Assembly (NCBI GenBank): GCA_016700375.1
Contig: CP065016.1
Span: 150,001 to 182,000 of the forward strand
Direction of reading: 5' to 3'
DNA length: 32,000 nt
Source of the DNA: Candidatus Saccharimonadota bacterium
GTDB taxonomy: Bacteria > Patescibacteriota > Saccharimonadia > Saccharimonadales > UBA4665
Numbering within the stretch: the first letter of the stretch is position 1; every line of letters begins with the position of its first letter. This document shows positions 1 to 6,883 of the stretch, piece after piece. The position numbers and the translations under genes are program-made. The notes below the pieces were generated by a model, which had not been told where the DNA came from, did not search any database, and was given only the letters and a program-made list of their open reading frames with translations.

Positions 1-168
1 ACTGAAATTACGGTCAATCATGGCCCACGTATGAAACGATTTCGACCTGCTGCCATGGGGCGCGCGCTGCCATACATGAAGCGGAGCAGCCACATACGAG
101 TTCTCGTCGATGGTGAACAACGTCCAACCAAAGCTGTTAAACCTGTAGCGAAGGAGACTAAGTCATGA
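1..168 (+). CDS. rplV: 50S ribosomal protein L22, 3' end (partial, runs off the window start)
   Basis: Frame 1 is open from base 1 to TGA 166-168. The translation ..[34 protein letters not shown].. matches the conserved L22 C-terminal core, and the gene lies directly upstream of rpsC as in S10 operons. Confidence 0.85.
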   Translation, partial: TEITVNHGPRMKRFRPAAMGRALPYMKRSSHIRVLVDGEQRPTKAVKPVAKETKS

Positions 169-301
169 AAATCCTAAGCACTAAGCACGAAATTCTAAAC
201 AAATTCAAATATTCTAATGTTTCAAATTTTCAAATTTTGGAACTTGTTCATTGTTTAGCATTTAGAAATTCGAATTTTGGATTTACTCCAGAAAGGAGTG
301 C
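169..301 (+). repeat. intercistronic hairpin module (rplV-rpsC), less regular member
   Basis: 133-nt spacer. CTAAGCA x2 at 174-187 and CAAATTTT x2 at 223-238. AAATCC 169-174 pairs with GGATTT 279-284, and CTAAACAA 195-202 pairs with TTGTTTAG 251-258. The SD GAAAGGAG lies at 291-298. Confidence 0.6.
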
Positions 302-934
302 ATGATGGGTCAGAAAGTTAACCCCATTAGCATGCGCCTGCAAGCCAATAAAGATTGGCGGAGCAAATGGTTTGTCGGCAAACGACAATACGCCGATTAT
401 CTTGCCCAGGATCTGCAGGTCCGCAAGCTCATTCAGGATAAGTTTGGCTCACGCGGTGCTATTAATAAAGTCGACATAGAGCGTTCGCCTAACCTCGTTA
501 CCGTTACAATCGCCACAGCAAAAGCTGGCGTGGTCATTGGTCGTGGTGGTCAAGGCGCCCAAGAACTGAAGGCCGCCATAGAAAAGGTATATGGCGTACC
601 GGCACGTGTAAATATTGAGGAAGTAAAAAAACCTGACCTGTACGCGAAGCTAGTTGCCGAGAACATTGCACATCAGCTAGAGCGACGTATGAGCTTCCGC
701 CGCGCTATTAAAAGCGCGAGTGCCGCCAGTATGCGTGCCGGAGCAAAAGGTGTCCGAATAGAAGTTGCCGGCCGCCTGAACGGTGCTGAAATGAGCCGCC
801 GCGAAAAAGAAGCTGTTGGTTCAGTGCCACTACATACCATCCGTGCAGATATTGACTTTGCCTCTGCCCGAGCAAACTGGCCCGGCGCAGGCATTATTGG
901 TATCAAAGTTTGGATATACAAGGGGGACAAATAA
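302..934 (+). CDS. rpsC: 30S ribosomal protein S3
   Basis: Track ORF with MGQKVNPISMRL.. and the KH/S3-C pattern. ATGs occur in tandem at 302 and 305; 305 gives the canonical MGQK start. SD at 291-298. Confidence 0.97.
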   Translation: MMGQKVNPISMRLQANKDWRSKWFVGKRQYADYLAQDLQVRKLIQDKFGSRGAINKVDIERSPNLVTVTIATAKAGVVIGRGGQGAQELKAAIEKVYGVPARVNIEEVKKPDLYAKLVAENIAHQLERRMSFRRAIKSASAASMRAGAKGVRIEVAGRLNGAEMSRREKEAVGSVPLHTIRADIDFASARANWPGAGIIGIKVWIYKGDK

Positions 935-1081
935 AATGATTTCATCATTTCAATTATCCTTTGGCCTGTCACCTGTCACATTGGATTATCCTGTCGCAAT
1001 TACCAATTGTTACATGTCACATGTCACGCCAATGTCACAGGTTACAGGTGACATGTTAATCGCGACTGAAAGGAGCTTTTA
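935..1081 (+). repeat. intercistronic hairpin module, TGTCAC-rich family copy A (rpsC-rplP)
   Basis: CCTGTCA x2 from 965 and ATGTCAC x2 at 1014-1027. The arm 1033-1055 (TGTCACAGGTTACAGGTGACATG) is complementary to 965-980. Tail GCGACTGAAAGGAGC at 1062-1076. Clearly alignable with 3113-3248 and 5380-5515. Confidence 0.8.
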
Positions 1082-1495
1082 ATGTTGCTCCCAAAAAGAA
1101 CTAAATTCCGCAAAGTCCGCAAGGGCAAGATTCGCGGTGTTGCCACAGCTGGCAATTACATTGCCTACGGCGAATACGCTTTGCAAGCACAAGGTCACGA
1201 ACGTATAACGAGCCGACAAATTGAGGCCAGCCGTCAGGCGATGACAAGGTACATTAAGCGCGGTGGAAAAATCTGGATTCGCATTTTCCCGCATACGCCC
1301 GTTACCCGCAAGCCACTGGACGTCAAAATGGGTAGTGGCAAGGGTTCGCCTGAGTTTTTTGTTGCCAAAGTTCGCCCGGGCACCATTATGTTTGAAATGC
1401 AGGGTGTCAGTGAGGAAACTGCAAGAGAAGCTATGCGCCTCGCTGGTCACAAGCTGCCAGTCAAGACAAAATTTGTCGTGAAGGAGGGCGTGTAA
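1082..1495 (+). CDS. rplP: 50S ribosomal protein L16
   Basis: Track ORF with the canonical [12 protein letters not shown]-terminus, at the expected operon position. Confidence 0.97.
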   Translation: MLLPKRTKFRKVRKGKIRGVATAGNYIAYGEYALQAQGHERITSRQIEASRQAMTRYIKRGGKIWIRIFPHTPVTRKPLDVKMGSGKGSPEFFVAKVRPGTIMFEMQGVSEETAREAMRLAGHKLPVKTKFVVKEGV

Positions 1496-1604
1496 TGAGG
1501 TATAAGCATTCAGCGGAAAGGGGTAAGGGGTTTTCGTCTAGAACCCTTACTACTTACTACTTACTACTTACTACTTCTGAAGTGATGCCCGAAGGGAGGA
1601 ACGT
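1496..1604 (+). repeat. intercistronic heptad-repeat module (rplP-rpmC)
   Basis: Hairpin GTAAGGGGTT 1523-1532 / AACCCTTAC 1542-1550. CTTACTA x4 at 1546-1573. Tail CCGAAGGGAGGAACG at 1589-1603. Confidence 0.8.
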
Positions 1605-1805
1605 ATGAAAATAGCCGATATTCGTAAGCTTACTACGGCAGAATTGACCAAAGAAACAGTAAAGCTAAAAGATGAAATTGCCGAACTGCGTCGTCATATA
1701 TACATGGGTGATAACCAAAACGTACGAGATGTACGTAACAAGCGCAAAGACCTTGCTCGTATGCTCACCGTTTTAAGCGAAAATTTAGTTAAGGAGACGA
1801 AATAA
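1605..1805 (+). CDS. rpmC: 50S ribosomal protein L29
   Basis: 66 aa, MKIADIRKLTTAELTKE..LKDEIAELR pattern, located between L16 and S17. Confidence 0.93.
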   Translation: MKIADIRKLTTAELTKETVKLKDEIAELRRHIYMGDNQNVRDVRNKRKDLARMLTVLSENLVKETK

Positions 1806-1929
1806 TGGAAAATCCAAATTCCAAATTCCAAACTCCAAACAAATTCCAGCACTCAAATTCCAACGAAGCTCATTTGGAACTTGGAACTTGGAACTTGGAG
1901 CTTACAGCTCCTGAAAGGAGTCTGTAGTT
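1806..1929 (+). repeat. intercistronic heptad-repeat hairpin (rpmC-rpsQ)
   Basis: TCCAAAT/TCCAAAC x4 at 1813-1840 face TTGGAAC x3 plus TTGGAGC at 1874-1901. The arms are complementary at 6 of 7 positions per unit. SD CTGAAAGGAG at 1911-1920. Confidence 0.85.
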
Positions 1930-2232
1930 ATGGCCAAAACTATTACTGGTGTCGTCACGAGCAATAAGGCCGACAAGACCATTGTCGTCACTGTGCGAGA
2001 ACGAAAAACGCACCCGTTGTACCGGAAGCAGTACACCACAACGACCAAGTTTATGGCGCACGACGAAAAGAACGAAGCAAATGTGGGTGACAAAGTCGTT
2101 ATTGTCGAGACCCGACCAATTAGCAGACGAAAGAGTTTTACCCTCGGTAGTATTATCGAGAAAGCCGAAGTAAAGCATGTTGAAGCAGCCGTTGAAGTTC
2201 CGGGTGTAACCGATAAGGAACATGAATCATGA
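1930..2232 (+). CDS. rpsQ: 30S ribosomal protein S17
   Basis: KTITGVVTSNKADKTIVVTVRER..HPLYRK matches S17, at the expected operon position. Confidence 0.95.
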   Translation: MAKTITGVVTSNKADKTIVVTVRERKTHPLYRKQYTTTTKFMAHDEKNEANVGDKVVIVETRPISRRKSFTLGSIIEKAEVKHVEAAVEVPGVTDKEHES

Positions 2233-2338
2233 AGTATGAATCAAGAATCATGAAGAAATCTGGAGCTATCAGTCACAGCTCGGCTGACATTCTTCATTCT
2301 TCATACTCCATACTTCTGCGACTGAAAGGAGCACTCTG
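2221..2338 (+). repeat. intercistronic heptad-repeat hairpin (rpsQ-rplN); the 5' arm begins inside the last rpsQ codons
   Basis: GAAGTATG 2231-2238 pairs with CATACTTC 2309-2316. ATGAAGAA 2250-2257 pairs with TTCTTCAT 2290-2297. The arms are built of (G/T)AATCAT/GAAGTAT-type 7-mers. Tail GCGACTGAAAGGAGC at 2318-2332. Confidence 0.8.
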
Positions 2339-2707
2339 ATGGTACAGCAAGAAACTCGTCTCGTCGTCTGCGATAACAGCGGTGCAAAGGAAATTCTCTG
2401 CATCCGAGTGCTCGGTGGTACTCGGCGCCGCTATGCCAAGGTAGGTGATATTATTACCGCCACGGTAAAGCAAGCAAGCCCAACCGGGAACGTAAAGAAG
2501 AAATCGGTGGTACGGGCGGTTGTTGTCCGTACACAGAAAGAGCTGAAGCGCAAAGACGGCAGCACGATTAAGTTTGATGACAATGCGGCGGTGATTATCG
2601 GCGACGACAAAAACCCGAAAGGCACACGCATATTTGGCCCTGTGCCACGAGAACTTCGTGATATGGGCTACGCCAAAATTATCAGCTTGGCGCCGGAGGT
2701 ACTATAA
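2339..2707 (+). CDS. rplN: 50S ribosomal protein L14
   Basis: [18 protein letters not shown].. is a canonical L14 start. Confidence 0.97.
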   Translation: MVQQETRLVVCDNSGAKEILCIRVLGGTRRRYAKVGDIITATVKQASPTGNVKKKSVVRAVVVRTQKELKRKDGSTIKFDDNAAVIIGDDKNPKGTRIFGPVPRELRDMGYAKIISLAPEVL

Positions 2708-3112
2708 ATGAGTAGTAAGCAGAAAGTAGTAAGTAGTAAGGTGTTTAAGATTAGATTGAAAAAAGGTGACCTTGTGCAGGTGCTAAGCGGAAAGTACAAA
2801 GGCAAGCAGGGCAAAGTTGTTCGCACGCACGCTACAGAAAACAAAGTTACCGTAGAAGGCGTGAATATTGTCAAGAAGCACCAGAAGCCAAACCAGGCGC
2901 ACCCGCAAGGAGGCATTCTTGAAATAACCAAACCAATTGCCGTCGGTAAGGTTGGCATAGTTGACCCGACCACAAAGAAACCGACTCGTATTGGGTACAA
3001 GATGAACAAAGATGGTAGCAAGACTCGTATATATAAGTCGAGCGGCAAAGAAGTGAAGATAGAAACAGCCCCCAAGAAGGCTGAGACCAAGAAAGAAGCG
3101 AAGGTACTATGA
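2708..3112 (+). CDS. rplX: 50S ribosomal protein L24
   Basis: KOW motif [20 protein letters not shown]. The ATG abuts the rplN stop (TAAATG). The first ~11 codons are encoded by AGTAGTA heptads, so GTG 2741 is an alternative start. The C-terminal tail is K/E-rich. Confidence 0.9.
   Translation: MSSKQKVVSSKVFKIRLKKGDLVQVLSGKYKGKQGKVVRTHATENKVTVEGVNIVKKHQKPNQAHPQGGILEITKPIAVGKVGIVDPTTKKPTRIGYKMNKDGSKTRIYKSSGKEVKIETAPKKAETKKEAKVL
2711..2740 (+). repeat. AGTAGTA heptad array inside the rplX 5' coding region
   Basis: AGTAGTAAG at 2711-2719 and AAGTAGTAAGTAGTAAG at 2724-2740. This is the exact reverse complement of the CTTACTA array at 1546-1577. Confidence 0.8.
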
Positions 3113-3248
3113 AGACAAGATTACCAATGAACCTGTCACCTGTCACCATGGATTACCCTGTTACCTGTAACAATTGCGACACGTCACATGCTACACCAAT
3201 GTCACACGTCACACGTCACACGCTAATCAGCGACGAAAGGAGCTTCTA
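3113..3248 (+). repeat. intercistronic hairpin module, TGTCAC-rich family copy B (rplX-rplE)
   Basis: CCTGTCACCTGTCAC at 3132-3146 and GTCACAC x3 around 3200-3220. Tail GCGACGAAAGGAGC at 3230-3243. Alignable with copies A and C. Confidence 0.8.
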
Positions 3249-3851
3249 ATGGCAGAAGCGACTACAACTAAGAAAGCTCCAAAGACAGCTGCGCCATACG
3301 TAGCTCGTCTAAAGACCGAGTACAATAACCAGTATGCTACAGAGCTCATGAAGGAACTTGGGCTTACCAATGCACATCAGGTACCACGGCTTGAGAAAAT
3401 CGTTGTCAACGTCGGACTTGGCAAGGCCAAGGAAGACAAAAAGACGATTGAAGCGGCTAAAAATACGCTTCGCAAAGTCACTGGCCAAGAACCAGTCGAG
3501 ACTGTTGCGAAGAACTCAATTGCAGGCTTCAAACTCCGTGAAGGCAACATGATAGGCTTAAAACTGACGCTTCGTGGTGAACGCATGTATGAGTTTATGG
3601 ATAGACTCATTAATATTGTGCTGCCGCGTTTGCGTGACTTCCATGGTGTCAGCAACAAGGCATTTGATAAACAGGGCAACTTTAGTCTCGGGCTAACCGA
3701 CCAGAGTGTGTTCCCGGAGCTTTCGTTTGAAGAAACTACCACTCCTCACGGGTTACAAGCAGTTTTTGTTATACGCGCCGAGGAAAAAGCACACGCTAAA
3801 GCACTGCTGAGCAAATTTGGTATGCCGTTTGAAAAGGAGAATTCAAAATGA
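3249..3851 (+). CDS. rplE: 50S ribosomal protein L5
   Basis: The track ORF starts at 3174, but its first 25 codons are spacer-repeat sequence. ATG 3249 follows GAAAGGAGC. PRLEKIVVNVGLG and the downstream sequence are typical of L5. Confidence 0.95.
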   Translation: MAEATTTKKAPKTAAPYVARLKTEYNNQYATELMKELGLTNAHQVPRLEKIVVNVGLGKAKEDKKTIEAAKNTLRKVTGQEPVETVAKNSIAGFKLREGNMIGLKLTLRGERMYEFMDRLINIVLPRLRDFHGVSNKAFDKQGNFSLGLTDQSVFPELSFEETTTPHGLQAVFVIRAEEKAHAKALLSKFGMPFEKENSK

Positions 3852-3993
3852 GTCATGAGTCAAGAATCATGAGTCATGAGTGGAAAATACCAGCAACGGA
3901 GTTGCTGTCAATAATAACTCGGCGGAGCCGAGACGATGGAGTCTTGTCTCATGACTCACGTCTCTTGACTCTGCGACTGGAAGGAGCCCTGTA
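3848..3993 (+). repeat. intercistronic heptad-repeat hairpin with two inner GGA-loop hairpins (rplE-rpsN)
   Basis: GAGTCAAGA 3857-3865 pairs with TCTTGACTC 3963-3971. TGAGTCATGAG 3870-3880 pairs with CTCATGACTCA 3948-3958. Inner hairpins are CAGCAAC-GGA-GTTGCTG 3891-3907 and CTCGGC-GGA-GCCGAG 3918-3932. Tail GCGACTGGAAGGAGC at 3973-3987. Confidence 0.85.
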
Positions 3994-4263
3994 ATGGCCA
4001 GAAAATCGAACCTCGCGCGTGATAAAAAGCGCATCAAGATGATAGACAAATACGCTGCAAAGCGCAAAGAGCTAAAAGAGCTTGGTGATTTTGACGGTCT
4101 CGCAAAACTACCTCGCAACAGCTCTCCGACTCGCCGTAAAAATCGCTGTGTCGAAACAGGGCGGCCACATGCCTACATGAGACAATTTGGCTTGAGTCGT
4201 CTGTCTTTTCGCGAGCATGCAAGCAAGGGTGAAATACCTGGTGTAACGAAAGCGAGCTGGTAA
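3994..4263 (+). CDS. rpsN: 30S ribosomal protein S14 (long, Cys-poor form)
   Basis: 89 aa with the canonical S14 C-terminus ..[39 protein letters not shown]. It has only one Cys, so no zinc ribbon. Confidence 0.95.
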   Translation: MARKSNLARDKKRIKMIDKYAAKRKELKELGDFDGLAKLPRNSSPTRRKNRCVETGRPHAYMRQFGLSRLSFREHASKGEIPGVTKASW

Positions 4264-4420
4264 TGGACGCTTCGCTTCAATTTTCATTTAGCAATTTTCA
4301 ATTAACAAAGAATTATCGATTGGCCATTAACAATGTAACTACAAATCGCACATTGCCAATCGCCAATTCATCGCGAATTGCCCATAGCCAATCGCTAATT
4401 TTTTCGAAAGGAGGCAACGC
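4264..4420 (+). repeat. intercistronic module (rpsN-rpsH), CAATTTT / GCCAATC units
   Basis: 157-nt spacer. CAATTTT-type units at 4278-4305 face AATTG/CCAAT-containing 7-mers at 4341-4400. SD GAAAGGAGG at 4406-4414. The pairing is less clean than in the other spacers. Confidence 0.55.
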
Positions 4421-4822
4421 ATGAGTACAACTACTACTGATCCTATCTCCGACATGCTAACTCGAATTCGCAACGCGATTGCAGTTGGAAAGACCGAAGT
4501 TAGCTTGCCACATAGCAAAATCAAAGAAAATGTCGCCATTAGCCTGCGCAATAACGGCTTCTTACATGATGTTAGCACCGAGGACCTCACCGTTGGTAAG
4601 CGTTTGCACATTACCATCAACCTAGAAGGTGAAAACGCTAAAATTACTGAGATTAAGCGTCTTAGCAAGCCGGGTCGTCGTTCTTACACGAACGCCCGCG
4701 AAGTGCCTCAGGTAAAACGCGGTCGCGGCGTGCTCATCATTTCGACTTCAAAAGGTCTTATGACCGGCGAAGAGGCCAAGCAACAAGGAGTTGGCGGAGA
4801 ACTAATCTGCCAGGTTTATTAG
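4421..4822 (+). CDS. rpsH: 30S ribosomal protein S8
   Basis: DPISDMLTRIRNA motif, at the expected operon position. Confidence 0.96.
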   Translation: MSTTTTDPISDMLTRIRNAIAVGKTEVSLPHSKIKENVAISLRNNGFLHDVSTEDLTVGKRLHITINLEGENAKITEIKRLSKPGRRSYTNAREVPQVKRGRGVLIISTSKGLMTGEEAKQQGVGGELICQVY

Positions 4823-4839
4823 TCTAAGAAAGGAAAGAA

Positions 4840-5379
4840 ATGAGTCGAGTAGGAAAACTACCCATCCAAGTTCCAAGCGGTGTGACAATCACTGTCGACT
4901 CAGACGCTGTGAAGGTGTCTGGGGCCAAAGGGAATCTTGAAACACCTCAGTTAGAGGGAATTACTGTTAGTGTTGAGGACGGCGTCCTCACTGTATCCCG
5001 TGCAAATGATATGCCGAAGATTCGCGCTGCTCATGGCCTTATGCGCGCACTCATAAACAATATGGTGCAAGGTGTTAGCCAGGGCTTTAGCAAAAAGTTA
5101 GAGTTAAACGGTGTTGGCTACCGTGTTGCCATGCAAGGCACCGACCTCAAACTCAATATTGGTTTTAGCCACGATGTTATATACAAAGTGCCGAGCGGCG
5201 TGCAAGTAGCCGTCGAACAAAACACCATGACGGTGAGCGGCATAAACAAACAGCAAGTTGGCCAGGTAGCCGCTGAAATCCGCGCTCTTAAGAAGCCAGA
5301 GCCGTACAAGGGCAAAGGTATAAAGTACGAAGGCGAACGTATTTTGCGCAAGTCGGGTAAGTCAGGAAAGGACAAGTAA
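4840..5379 (+). CDS. rplF: 50S ribosomal protein L6
   Basis: MSRVGKLPIQVPSGV.. is a canonical L6 start. The gap after rpsH is short (17 nt) and has an AAGGAAAG SD. Confidence 0.96.
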   Translation: MSRVGKLPIQVPSGVTITVDSDAVKVSGAKGNLETPQLEGITVSVEDGVLTVSRANDMPKIRAAHGLMRALINNMVQGVSQGFSKKLELNGVGYRVAMQGTDLKLNIGFSHDVIYKVPSGVQVAVEQNTMTVSGINKQQVGQVAAEIRALKKPEPYKGKGIKYEGERILRKSGKSGKDK

Positions 5380-5515
5380 TGAAAAAATTATCCATTACCC
5401 TGTCACCTGTCACCTTGCATTACCCTGTCACCTGTCACAATGGTTACATGTCACACGGTACATCAATGTTACATGTCACACGTGACACGCTAATCTGCGA
5501 CGAAAGGAGCTCCCT
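5380..5515 (+). repeat. intercistronic hairpin module, TGTCAC-rich family copy C (rplF-rplR)
   Basis: CCTGTCACCTGTCAC occurs twice (5399-5413 and 5424-5438) and ACATGTCACAC twice. Tail GCGACGAAAGGAGC at 5497-5510. Confidence 0.8.
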
Positions 5516-5869
5516 ATGAGCCTATCTACCAAACTTGTCCAGCGTGCCCAGCGCAAAAATCGCATACGTGCGACAGTGATTGGCACCACCGAACGGCCTC
5601 GACTGAGCATCCACATTAGCAATGCAAATGTAAGCGCACAAGTTATTGATGACAGCAAACACCACACGCTTGCTTCAGTGACTACCGCAAACAACAAGGC
5701 CGCCAAAGGCACCCTGACCGAAAAAGCTGTATGGGTTGGCAATGAAATTGCTCTTGCGGCTAAAAAGGCAAATATATCCCAAGTAGTATTTGACAGGAGC
5801 GGCAAGCAGTACCATGGCCGCGTAAAAGCCCTCGCCGATGCGGCACGGGAGAAAGGATTGGAGTTCTAA
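5516..5869 (+). CDS. rplR: 50S ribosomal protein L18
   Basis: RKNRIR..ERPRLSIHISNANVSAQVIDD matches the L18 pattern. Confidence 0.95.
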   Translation: MSLSTKLVQRAQRKNRIRATVIGTTERPRLSIHISNANVSAQVIDDSKHHTLASVTTANNKAAKGTLTEKAVWVGNEIALAAKKANISQVVFDRSGKQYHGRVKALADAAREKGLEF

Positions 5870-5991
5870 ATGAAATACTTCGTATTTTCTGAGGGCAAAG
5901 GGCAAAGGGCAAAGGGCAAAGTTAGCTCTAATGAACTCAGCCCTCAGCCCTCAGCCCTCAGCCCTGTTCTGACCGAAGGGAGGAACGCATA
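5870..5991 (+). repeat. intercistronic heptad-repeat hairpin (rplR-rpsE)
   Basis: GGGCAAA x4 at 5893-5920 face TCAGCCC x4 at 5937-5964. GGGC pairs with GCCC and one A-U pair forms per unit, leaving 2 mismatches at a fixed phase. Tail CCGAAGGGAGGAACG at 5973-5987. Confidence 0.85.
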
Positions 5992-6777
5992 ATGGCCGAA
6001 GAAGCAATACAACAAGCCGCAGTCGAACAAGCCGCGCAGGCAGGTCCACAATCTGCTCCACACCGTGGAGGCCAAGGGAACCGCGGCGGCCGTCGTGATG
6101 GTGGCCGACCGGCACGTAGCCGCAGCGAAGCACCCGAAGAAAAACAATTCGATGAACGCGTTGTGCACATTGACCGTGTTGCCCGCGTTGTGAAGGGTGG
6201 ACGTCGCTTTCGTTTCCGAGCCCTCGTCGTTGTGGGTGACCGCAAAGGCAAGGTAGGTATTGGAAGCGCGAAGGGCGCAGATGTAACAGCTGCCGTGAGT
6301 AAGGCGACTGAAGTTGCTAAAAAGCACTTTACGCCAGTTGTGCTATATAAGGGAACCATTCCACATGAAGTCAATGGTAAGGTTGCCGGCGCGCGTATTT
6401 TAATTATGCCAGCTGCACCGGGTACCGGGCTTATTGCCGGTGGTGTTGTTCGCACCGTTCTTGAAGTTGCCGGTGTGAGCAATGCGCTTAGTAAATCACT
6501 TGGCAGTAGTAACAAAACGAACATTGCCTACGCTACCATTGCCGCTCTTGAAAGCCTTGAGCCAAGCAAGAACTGGGTAACTACAAAACACAAGAGTCAA
6601 GAGTCAAGAGTCAAGAGTCAAGACAAAAAAACTCAGATTACAGCTGTCATTCCGAGCAAAGCCGAGGAATCCCCGCAAAAAGATTCCCAGGTGAAAACTG
6701 CCCCTGTTAAAAAGACATCCGAGGTAAAAAAGGCAGTGTCGGCTAAAAAGCCTGCTGCGAAAAAGGAATCAAAATGA
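5992..6777 (+). CDS. rpsE: 30S ribosomal protein S5 with a long C-terminal extension
   Basis: The S5 core is present (ERVVHIDRVARVVKGGRRFRF, ...GTGLIAGG..). At 261 aa it is far longer than the usual ~165-220 aa. The ~80-aa K/S/E-rich tail is partly encoded by GAGTCAA heptads. Confidence 0.95.
   Translation: MAEEAIQQAAVEQAAQAGPQSAPHRGGQGNRGGRRDGGRPARSRSEAPEEKQFDERVVHIDRVARVVKGGRRFRFRALVVVGDRKGKVGIGSAKGADVTAAVSKATEVAKKHFTPVVLYKGTIPHEVNGKVAGARILIMPAAPGTGLIAGGVVRTVLEVAGVSNALSKSLGSSNKTNIAYATIAALESLEPSKNWVTTKHKSQESRVKSQDKKTQITAVIPSKAEESPQKDSQVKTAPVKKTSEVKKAVSAKKPAAKKESK
6594..6621 (+). repeat. GAGTCAA x4 heptad array inside the rpsE 3' coding extension
   Basis: Four perfect tandem 7-mers encoding ..SQESRVKSQD... 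They are complementary at 6 of 7 positions per unit to the (A)TGACTC units at 6834-6861. Confidence 0.85.
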
Positions 6778-6883
6778 GACAAGAGACAAGAGACAAGAGA
6801 CAAGAATTAGTTATCAGTCGCAAAGCGACTGTCATGACTCATGACTCATACTTCATGACTCAGCGACTAAAAGGAGCCCTATA
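6776..6883 (+). repeat. intercistronic heptad-repeat hairpin (rpsE-rplO)
   Basis: GAGACAA x4 at 6776-6803 (overlapping the rpsE stop) face TCATGAC-type x4 at 6832-6859. Inner hairpin CAGTCGC-AAA-GCGACTG at 6815-6831. Tail GCGACTAAAAGGAGC at 6863-6877. Confidence 0.8.

Noticed and set aside
3174-3248. 25-codon N-terminal extension of rplE in the ORF track (MRHVTCYTNVTRHTSHANQRRKELL)
   Set aside because: These codons are the TGTCAC-repeat spacer read in frame. The canonical SD tail sits immediately before ATG 3249, and L5 homology starts there.
5958-6524. 188-aa ORF on the minus strand (plus overlapping 127-aa and 60-aa ORFs) antisense to rpsE
   Set aside because: It lies entirely inside the well-supported S5 gene. 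Its composition is low-complexity and Pro/Arg/Ala-rich, as expected for the antisense frame of a GC-rich, Gly/Arg-rich coding region. It has no SD or promoter.
169-6883. CRISPR array or protein-coding tandem repeats as an explanation for the spacer repeats
   Set aside because: The units are 7 nt long and directly tandem, with no 25-40-nt repeats separated by unique spacers. The arrays lie between essential co-oriented genes and pair as inverted arms. No cas genes are adjacent; the Cas2-like fold protein at 29.5 kb has no array nearby.
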